Assembly (NCBI RefSeq): GCF_000017165.1
Contig: NC_009634.1
Location: forward strand, 1,200,552-1,224,551
Source of the DNA: Methanococcus vannielii SB
GTDB lineage: Archaea > AGJL01 > Methanococci > Methanococcales > Methanococcaceae
Direction of reading: 5' to 3'
DNA length: 24,000 bases
The notes beneath the pieces are model-generated. The model was not told the DNA's origin and ran no database searches. It worked only from the letters and a program-made list of their open reading frames with translations. Of the stretch, positions 7,227-18,336 are shown piece after piece (within the stretch, counting starts at the first letter, position 1; every line of letters begins with the position of its first letter). The position numbers and the translations under genes were made by a program.

Positions 7227-8264
7227 TTGGAAAAAACCAATTTAGTAACTTTGGGAATTATAGGATTTAAAAAAATTTCATTTTTAATCCTTGGAATGGC
7301 AGTAATTACAGCTATTGCTTTGAAATTAGGTTTAGAAGATGTTTATCACATAATAGTTGGAATTTCACTTTATGGGATTTTTTTCATGGTGATATTACAG
7401 GTGATTTCATTATTTCTTAGTGCATATTCGCTCTATATACTTCTAATTGAAAAAAGTACGAATTGTTCAATGTATGAAGTTTTTAAAATACAGCTTATAG
7501 GTTCGTTTGTAGAAAGTATAACTCCTTCAGTTAAACTTGGTGGAGAACCTGTTAAAATATATTTACTCAAGCAAAGTACCGGACTTTCATACTCTGAACT
7601 TACTGCAATGCTACTGGTTACTAAATTTTATTCATTACTATCTTTTTTAGCGATTTTAGCAGCTGCTTTACTAATCGGAATCATGTATTTAGAACTGCCG
7701 TCCATAATATATTTTTCATTTGCAGGACTAATTGGCTTTTTAATCCTATTTTACACATTTTTTAACATCAACAAGTTTTTTCCAAAAAATAAAAACGACG
7801 TAAAAAAAGAAAAAAGAAATTTCATGTCTAATTTAAGACTGGTAAAAAAAGTTAATTCCTTCCTGGATACTATGGCAAACTTTTTACTTAAAACATCAAA
7901 ATGTTCCGAAGAAATGTTAAAAGATTATAAAAAGGCATTGAAATTATTAGTTATATCTTCAATAGTGTGGATGTTATACCCATTAAAGGTAGTGCTTGTA
8001 GCATATTTGCTTGGGTTTTCAATAAATCCCATAATTTCAGTAATCGGGACTTTTGGAGCTTATGCAGTCAGTATGCTACCATTATTTCCAGGAGGACTTG
8101 TATCTTTTGAAGGTACACTAACATTTATTCTGTCATTAGATTCATTAATGCCTTATGAAGCATTTTCAGTTTCAGTAGTAACGAGAATTATTACGTTTTG
8201 GATTCCCTTAATTTTTTCAGGCATCGTAAGTTTAAATTTATTATATGGGAATTCTAAAAAATAG
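7227..8264 (+). CDS. Polytopic membrane protein, UPF0104 / LPG-synthase-TM (MprF flippase-like domain) family; TTG start
   Basis: About 8 hydrophobic segments. The motif FKIQLIGSFVESITPSVKLGGEPVKIYLLKQSTGLS resembles the conserved P..GGE..R/K.Y.L loop of the flippase-like family (TIGR00374-type). A GGTG sequence lies 7 nt before the TTG. Confidence 0.55.
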   Translation: MEKTNLVTLGIIGFKKISFLILGMAVITAIALKLGLEDVYHIIVGISLYGIFFMVILQVISLFLSAYSLYILLIEKSTNCSMYEVFKIQLIGSFVESITPSVKLGGEPVKIYLLKQSTGLSYSELTAMLLVTKFYSLLSFLAILAAALLIGIMYLELPSIIYFSFAGLIGFLILFYTFFNINKFFPKNKNDVKKEKRNFMSNLRLVKKVNSFLDTMANFLLKTSKCSEEMLKDYKKALKLLVISSIVWMLYPLKVVLVAYLLGFSINPIISVIGTFGAYAVSMLPLFPGGLVSFEGTLTFILSLDSLMPYEAFSVSVVTRIITFWIPLIFSGIVSLNLLYGNSKK

Positions 8265-8279
8265 AAAAAGGTGGTTTTA

Positions 8280-10100
8280 ATGGTAAAAGCTGATATGGAT
8301 AGCGTATTACTAATGGGCCCTCCAAATATTGGTAAAAGTGTTATTTTTAATGCCCTAACCGGAATAAATGTAAGTATGGCTAATTACGTTGGTACAACTG
8401 TTGAATACACAAAAGGAGTTATGACGCTAAATAACAGGGAATTAATTCTTATCGACGTTCCAGGGACTTATACTCTAGATGCCACAAACGATGCCGAAAA
8501 AGTGGCGGTTGATATGCTTAAAGGAAATCTTGTTGAGAAGAATGGTAAATCATGTCATAGGGCGTCTCAAAATAACTCTGAAACCTTAAAAAGTCCTTCT
8601 GCAGTAATAAGTGTTATTGATTCTTGTAATCTTGAAAGCAGTCTTTACTTACTTTTTCAGGTTTTAGAATACGGTATTCCAACAATTGCAGTATTAAACA
8701 GGATGGATATTTTAGAAGAAAGGGGGGATATTATAAATATCCCACTACTTGAAAAAGAATTGGGAATAAAAGTAATACCTACGGTTGCAATCGAAAAAAA
8801 GGGAATTAAAGAACTTAAGGAAGAATTGGGAAATTTATTAAATGAAGTTATTAAAAAGAATTTAAAAGCCACTATCAAACCTGAAAAATCTAAAAACGAA
8901 TCTAAAAACGATGAAATATGGGAAAAAGCAGAGTTACTGTCTAAAAAAGTAATGAATAAGATTGAAAACCGTAAAAAAAGTAAACGTGAAGTATTTGGGG
9001 AATTATTGACAAAGCCATGGCCTGGCCTACCAATTAGTATTTTAATTTTAGGGATTTCATTTGGAATTATTATTGGATTTGGAATGGGCCTTAGAAAGTA
9101 TATATTACTTCCGATAGTTAGGGGGTTGATAATTCCAGAAATAGAGCGTTTAATCAATCTTATACTTTCAGATGGGATGATAAAAAATATTTTTATTGGG
9201 GACTACGGATTTTTAGTTAAAGGTTTAGAGTGGCCATTTACTTTAGTATTCCCGTACGTGATTTCTTTTTATCTTGCTCTTAGCTTACTTGAAGATAGCG
9301 GATATTTACCAAGGCTTGGAGTTTTACTTGATGGATTATTAAATAAAATGGGATTACCTGGCGCAAGTATAATTCCACTATTACTTGGATATGGATGTGG
9401 GATTCCTGCAATTATGTCTACAAGATCATTAAATACAAATAAAGAACGAATACTTGCATCTACATTGATATGTTTGAGTATTCCTTGTATTGCACAATCT
9501 GGTGCATTTATATCCCTTCTTGCAGAACGCTCAATTATCGCACTTTTTTTAGTGTATGCTTTTTCACTAGTACTTTTGATAAGTTCAGGATTACTTTTAA
9601 ATAAACTACTGCCTGGAAAACGGCATCCTACAATAATGGAGATACCTGAACTTTTAATTCCCAAAAAAGAAGTTATACTTAAAAAAGTCTGGCTTCGAGC
9701 AAATCAGTTTTTAAAAGAAGGGGCACTACCAATGATGGGCATGATTGGATTAGCGGCATTACTTTATGAATCAGGAATAATGGATATAATTGGAAGGTTA
9801 ATGAGTCCCTTGGTAGTTGGAATATTAAAACTACCTGCTGAAGCATCTGTCCCATTAATATTGGGAATTTTTAGACGGGAATTTTCAATTATTCCACTTA
9901 TTGAAATGGAATTAACGACGATTCAGCTATTTACTGGTGCAATTGTTGGTTTACTTTATGTCCCATGTATCGCAATAATTGCACTACTTGCAAGGGAATT
10001 TAATTTAAAGGTTTCAATAATGGTTACATTACTTACAACTATTTCCGCATTTGTAATTGGTGGATTTATCGCTAATTTTGGCTCTCTTTTAATTAGATAA
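8280..10100 (+). CDS. feoB: Ferrous iron transporter FeoB (GTPase plus membrane permease)
   Basis: The GTPase motifs are present (G1 GPPNIGKS, G3 DVPG, G4 NRMD). A polytopic domain follows, with the gate-type motif GYGCGIPAIMSTR. I prefer the ATG at 8280 (AAAGGTGG ribosome-binding site 5 nt upstream) over the GTG at 8271 in the ORF track, because that GTG lies inside the binding site. Confidence 0.9.
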   Translation: MVKADMDSVLLMGPPNIGKSVIFNALTGINVSMANYVGTTVEYTKGVMTLNNRELILIDVPGTYTLDATNDAEKVAVDMLKGNLVEKNGKSCHRASQNNSETLKSPSAVISVIDSCNLESSLYLLFQVLEYGIPTIAVLNRMDILEERGDIINIPLLEKELGIKVIPTVAIEKKGIKELKEELGNLLNEVIKKNLKATIKPEKSKNESKNDEIWEKAELLSKKVMNKIENRKKSKREVFGELLTKPWPGLPISILILGISFGIIIGFGMGLRKYILLPIVRGLIIPEIERLINLILSDGMIKNIFIGDYGFLVKGLEWPFTLVFPYVISFYLALSLLEDSGYLPRLGVLLDGLLNKMGLPGASIIPLLLGYGCGIPAIMSTRSLNTNKERILASTLICLSIPCIAQSGAFISLLAERSIIALFLVYAFSLVLLISSGLLLNKLLPGKRHPTIMEIPELLIPKKEVILKKVWLRANQFLKEGALPMMGMIGLAALLYESGIMDIIGRLMSPLVVGILKLPAEASVPLILGIFRREFSIIPLIEMELTTIQLFTGAIVGLLYVPCIAIIALLAREFNLKVSIMVTLLTTISAFVIGGFIANFGSLLIR

Positions 10101-10227
10101 TACTATAACGTAAAATACAAAATTAATATTTTTTAATTTTTAATTTTTTTTATGTTATCGCCTTAAACTTTAAAATATAAAATTTTTAAAATAGGAAACT
10201 TTATATAGTTTAAATGCAATTATAATA

Positions 10228-10262
10228 TTTAAGCATACTTAAAAAGATTAAGAATGCTTAAA
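10228..10262. repeat. 35-nt near-perfect palindrome/hairpin (14 bp, one A-A mismatch, 5-nt loop)
   Basis: TTTAAGCAT-A-CTTAA-AAAGA-TTAAG-A-ATGCTTAAA, lying 128 nt downstream of the feoB stop. No T-run follows it. Confidence 0.6.
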
Positions 10263-10945
10263 GACCACATGCAATATACTATAAAGACACACTTAGCAAG
10301 TAAGGTAACAATTAAAAAAAGGTAATATACATGGGATTAATAAAAATCGCATTTGACAGAAAACGAGAAAATTATTTAAAAAACTATTGAATTAAAATAA
10401 CTACCAAAAACAGCTTTGATAAATAGATATCATAAAACCTTTAAAATACGTCTCTTTCAAAATAAGCCTATTGCCTCTATATACCATACTAAATTTCTTA
10501 AATCATTTAGGATATGCATTAATTACATTAAAAATGGTAACTCGATCCAAAGAATGTATTACATAACCACCAGACAACCTCTTTTAAAATTAAGGTTTTT
10601 TCCCCCAGATAACCTTAAATATACTTACCCTATAACTTGGGCTATTTTTAAGTATTAAATAAATTTTTAAAGCATTTAATAGCTATTGTTATTTTATAGA
10701 ATTTATTTTAAAGCTTTTTATGATTATTATATAGCTATTATGTAGTAGTATATTTTTAATGGCAACTACAAAAATGTGAAAAATAACAATTTTTATATAT
10801 TTTTTTAGAATATTATTATCTAGAATATGTTTTCAATTAATGTCGTTTGTTTTAGTAAAATTTAACAAAATTGGAAAAATTTAAAAATTTTATTAAATTT
10901 AGAATTTTTTTTAAATGGCCCTTTTTTAAATTTTGAGGTGAAAAT

Positions 10946-12730
10946 ATGCAAAACGACCATTTTCAATTAAAAATGGAACAATTACTTAAAACCGACACTA
11001 AATTTTACTCTATTTTGGTTAAAAGCAATGATTTAAACGATCTAAGGCATGAAGTTTATAAATATTTAAATTCCATTGAAAAAACACTCTATTTTGAAAA
11101 TACGGAATTTCCAAAACTTGAAATAATTAATATGAAAGAATGCATTAAAGTTTTTAAAAATATTATTTCTCCAAAAAATGAAAAATTAGCAGAATTTTCT
11201 GCGATAAATGCACTTTGGAACATTTATAAGGGGGAAACCACTGGAATTTCACTTGGATTTTTAAATGAAATGATATATTTACTTCGGGGAATTAATGGAA
11301 AGTCCGGAATATATTCTAAAGATTTTCCAGAATTTCTAAAATTAAATGGGCGAAAAGCTGCAATAAATAGGTCTTTCGAACTGGATAAGCTGTCAAATCG
11401 TGCTGAACATTTTATAGGGCGTTATCCTTCTGGAATATCTAAAAAAGTTTCAAAAACAAGGGAGGACAATAAAAAAAGAATTTTGGATTATTTTAATGTT
11501 GGAATTAATGAATGGAATGATTGGAAATGGCATATTAAAAATATTGTTACAGATTCAAAAACTCTTGAAAATTTGGTTAGGGTATCTGAATTAGAGAAAT
11601 ATTCCATTGAAAAAGCACGTGAAAATAATATTCCATTTGGAATAACTCCTTATTACGTTTCATTAATGGATAATTCTTTAGATCGGAGAAACGACCATGC
11701 TGTACGGGCCCAAGTAATTCCTCCGGTAAGATATGTGGAAAAAACAATTGAAGCACGAAGCAGTGGCAAAAATCTTGATTTTATGGGTGAAAGTGATACT
11801 TCACCAGTTGACCTTGTAACTAGGCGATACCCGATGATTGCAATAATGAAACCATACGAAACTTGTGCCCAGATATGTGTTTATTGCCAGAGAAATTGGC
11901 AAATTAAAGATGTATTTTCAGATAATGTATTGGCTTCAAAAGAATCAGTAAATAATGCTATAAACTGGTTTAATGAAAATGAATGTATAAAGGAACTACT
12001 TTTAACTGGAGGGGATCCTGCAATACTTTCTAATGAATATTTAGATTATTTATTATCTGAATTTTCAAAAATAAAGCATTTAGAACGGATAAGGATCGGA
12101 ACAAGAACTCCCGTAGCTCTTCCTCAAAGAATAACTAATGAATTTTCGGAAATTCTTGGAAAATATAATAAACCAGGAGTTCGAGAAATAGCAATATCTA
12201 CCCATGTAGAGCATGTTTATGAGGTCACAGCAGATTTAAGGGATGCGATATCTAGGCTTAAAAATAGCGGAATAACAGTATATAATCAACAGGTATTTAC
12301 AATAGAAAATAGTCGTAGATTTGAAACTTCAGCACTTAGGAAAGTTTTAAAATTAATTGGAATTGAGCCTTACTATTTATTTAATACAAAAGGAAAAGAA
12401 GAAACTACAAATTATCGTGTCCCAATAGCAAGGGCATTACAGGAGAGAAAAGAAGAAGCAAGGCTTTTACCTGGGTACTGTAGGACAGATAGTACTGTAT
12501 TTAATGTTCCAAAACTTGGTAAAAACAATCTTAATTTCTATCAGGATCACGATGTTATAATGATAATGAATGATGGAAGCAGAGTTTATGAGTTTCACCC
12601 ATGGGAAAAAAATATTTCACTTACAAAAACGTACATCTATAAGGATGTTCCAATTTATAATTATCTTTGCGAATTAAAAAGCCGTGGGGAAAAAGTTGAA
12701 GATTACAGTTCAATATGGTATTATTTTTAA
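10946..12730 (+). CDS. KamA-family radical-SAM/PLP aminomutase, long form (candidate glutamate 2,3-aminomutase)
   Basis: The core from residue ~189 aligns by eye with Clostridium lysine 2,3-aminomutase: WNDWKWHIKN vs WNDWRWQVRN, ITPYY.SL, RRYP, the cluster motif CAQICVYC (C307/C311/C314), LLTGGDP, IRIGTRTPV.LPQRIT, PYYLF and the PLP-lysine region PKLGK. A GAGGTGA ribosome-binding site lies upstream. It resembles the ~600-aa uncharacterised KamA-family proteins of methanococci. Confidence 0.85.
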   Translation: MQNDHFQLKMEQLLKTDTKFYSILVKSNDLNDLRHEVYKYLNSIEKTLYFENTEFPKLEIINMKECIKVFKNIISPKNEKLAEFSAINALWNIYKGETTGISLGFLNEMIYLLRGINGKSGIYSKDFPEFLKLNGRKAAINRSFELDKLSNRAEHFIGRYPSGISKKVSKTREDNKKRILDYFNVGINEWNDWKWHIKNIVTDSKTLENLVRVSELEKYSIEKARENNIPFGITPYYVSLMDNSLDRRNDHAVRAQVIPPVRYVEKTIEARSSGKNLDFMGESDTSPVDLVTRRYPMIAIMKPYETCAQICVYCQRNWQIKDVFSDNVLASKESVNNAINWFNENECIKELLLTGGDPAILSNEYLDYLLSEFSKIKHLERIRIGTRTPVALPQRITNEFSEILGKYNKPGVREIAISTHVEHVYEVTADLRDAISRLKNSGITVYNQQVFTIENSRRFETSALRKVLKLIGIEPYYLFNTKGKEETTNYRVPIARALQERKEEARLLPGYCRTDSTVFNVPKLGKNNLNFYQDHDVIMIMNDGSRVYEFHPWEKNISLTKTYIYKDVPIYNYLCELKSRGEKVEDYSSIWYYF

Positions 12731-12740
12731 CATTAAATGA

Positions 12741-12773
12741 AGTTATTTTGATGTGATAACTTCTATTTTTTTT
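12741..12773 (+). terminator. Hairpin plus T8 run downstream of the KamA-family gene
   Basis: The stem AGTTAT (12741-12746) / ATAACT (12756-12761) is followed by TCTA and TTTTTTTT (12766-12773). Archaeal terminators are oligo-T tracts. Confidence 0.45.
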
Positions 12774-12857
12774 AATTAATATGTTTAACTTTATACGTTA
12801 TTAGGATAAAAGTTTAAAATAAAACTCTAAAAAATTATTGTTACATACCTAAAAACA

Positions 12858-12888
12858 ATACATATTACAACACGTTTTCATATTATGC
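12858..12888 (+). promoter_or_regulatory. Candidate rRNA operon promoter (box A ATACATATTA, box B ATGC)
   Basis: A TATA-like ACATATTA at ~12860-12867 is followed by ATGC at 12885-12888, about 23 nt downstream. That is about 160 nt upstream of the 16S 5' end and upstream of the processing helix. Other TATA-like strings exist nearby, so the assignment is tentative. Confidence 0.3.
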
Positions 12889-13045
12889 AAATCAAAGTGA
12901 TCGCCTGAACTAAATCACTCAGGTGTGATGTAAGCCCACAATCTAGGTGAAACCTAGATAGCGACCAAATAAAATGTCATTTCCTTTAATGTAAAAATGA
13001 CGTACTCCACGAGAGTGTGAGCGTAAAATTCTTTTACGCCACAAA

Positions 13046-14516
<1,471 letters not shown>

Positions 14517-14568
14517 AAAGAACATTTTGGTCGCTACTAGGCACTAAATGATTGTGGGCTTTAGTTCC

Positions 14569-14641
14569 GGGCCCGTAGCTCAGTTGGGAGAGCGCTGCCC
14601 TTGCAAGGCAGAGGCCGTGGGTTCAAATCCCGCCGGGTCCA
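14569..14641 (+). tRNA. tRNA-Ala (anticodon UGC) in the 16S-23S spacer
   Basis: The acceptor stem GGGCCCG/CGGGTCC carries the G3:U70 alanine identity pair. The anticodon loop is CTTGCAA and the T arm is GTGGG-TTCAAAT-CCCGC. The discriminator is A. Confidence 0.97.
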
Positions 14642-14742
14642 CTTTATGCAGTCTATGATATTTGATATTATAGATCAAGGACCAGATATTAATGATGGTC
14701 GTGCACAAGCTTTCATATCTGGTGTTATCCAGATGTCTAATT

Positions 14743-17700
<2,958 letters not shown>

Positions 17701-17760
17701 ATTTAGGCATCTGGACACTTAAAGATATGAAAGCTAAAATGCACTTTTAATTTAACACTT

Positions 17761-17880
17761 TGACATAACGGTCAAAGCGGAGGTGTAACATCCGATCCCA
17801 TCCCGATCTCGGAAATTAAGCCCTCCAGCGATTCTTTAAGTACTGCTATCTAGTGGGAACAAAGTGACGCCGTTAGTCAC
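17761..17880 (+). rRNA. rrf: 5S rRNA
   Basis: ...CCGATCCCATCCCGATCTCGGAAATTAAGCCCTCCAGCGAT... matches the archaeal 5S core. The terminal helix pairs ACATAACGGTC with GACGCCGTTAGT. A T6 run follows at 17881-17886. Confidence 0.9.
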
Positions 17881-17886
17881 TTTTTT
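17881..17886 (+). terminator. Oligo-T terminator after the 5S rRNA
   Basis: TTTTTT lies immediately after the 5S 3' helix. Confidence 0.5.
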
Positions 17887-17912
17887 AAATGTCTCAAAAT
17901 TACCCTTTTTAT

Positions 17913-18154
17913 GGTAAGGGGGCTGGTGACTATCCAACTGGGAGGAAGCTCTGCCCACTCAATTACGTAGATTTCCTGAGAAGGAATAAACAAAGTATAG
18001 AAACGACACGGTTCCAAAAAATATGACTATGATATTTTAAAATTGAGGATTTTTGGAAAATCGATGAAACGACTTTGTTTTGCGTGAGTGCAAGCATTAT
18101 GCGCTAAGCTGAATGTCACCGAAATTACAGAAGGCAGGCTATAGCCCCGATGCC
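17913..18154 (+). ncRNA. rnpB: RNase P RNA (archaeal, compact type M-like); ends approximate
   Basis: This is a relatively GC-enriched, non-coding stretch. The 5' GGGGGCT pairs with the 3' AGCCCC to form P1. The CR-I-like block GGGAGGAAGCTCTGCCCAC compares with bacterial GAGGAAAGUCCGGGC. The 3' block AAGCTGAATGTCACCGAAATTACAGAAGGCAGGCTATAGCCCC parallels E. coli ..AGAUGAAUGACUGUCCACGACAGAACCCGGCUUAUCGG (CR-IV/CR-V). The element GTGAGTGCAAGC is also present. A TATA-like TTTTTAAAT lies at 17882-17890, about 25 nt upstream. Confidence 0.8.
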
Positions 18155-18336
18155 ATTTTAATAAAATTTAAAGGCGAATATCCTATTTTTCGGATTTAGA
18201 ATTTTTTAATTATATTTTTGTTTTTAAATAAAAATCACTGTCAATTTTTTTAACATTTTTTGTTAATTGTTAAAGGTATATATGTTTTTAAACCCTATTT
18301 TATCTATAGAATTTAAGAAATGGTTTGTGATAATTT

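Noticed and set aside
10416-10658. An 80-aa ORF in the large intergenic gap.
   Set aside because: It has a TTG-type start with no ribosome-binding site, an odd composition and no recognisable motif. It is most likely a chance ORF. The 19-aa ORF at 10331-10390 (MGLIKIAFDRKRENYLKNY) has a weak AAGGT upstream but is too short to support.
10101-10945. Considered the long AT-rich gap as a replication origin.
   Set aside because: There are no multiple copies of an ORB or mini-ORB-like element with a conserved G-string, and no adjacent cdc6/orc1 gene. The repeats present are short and heterogeneous.
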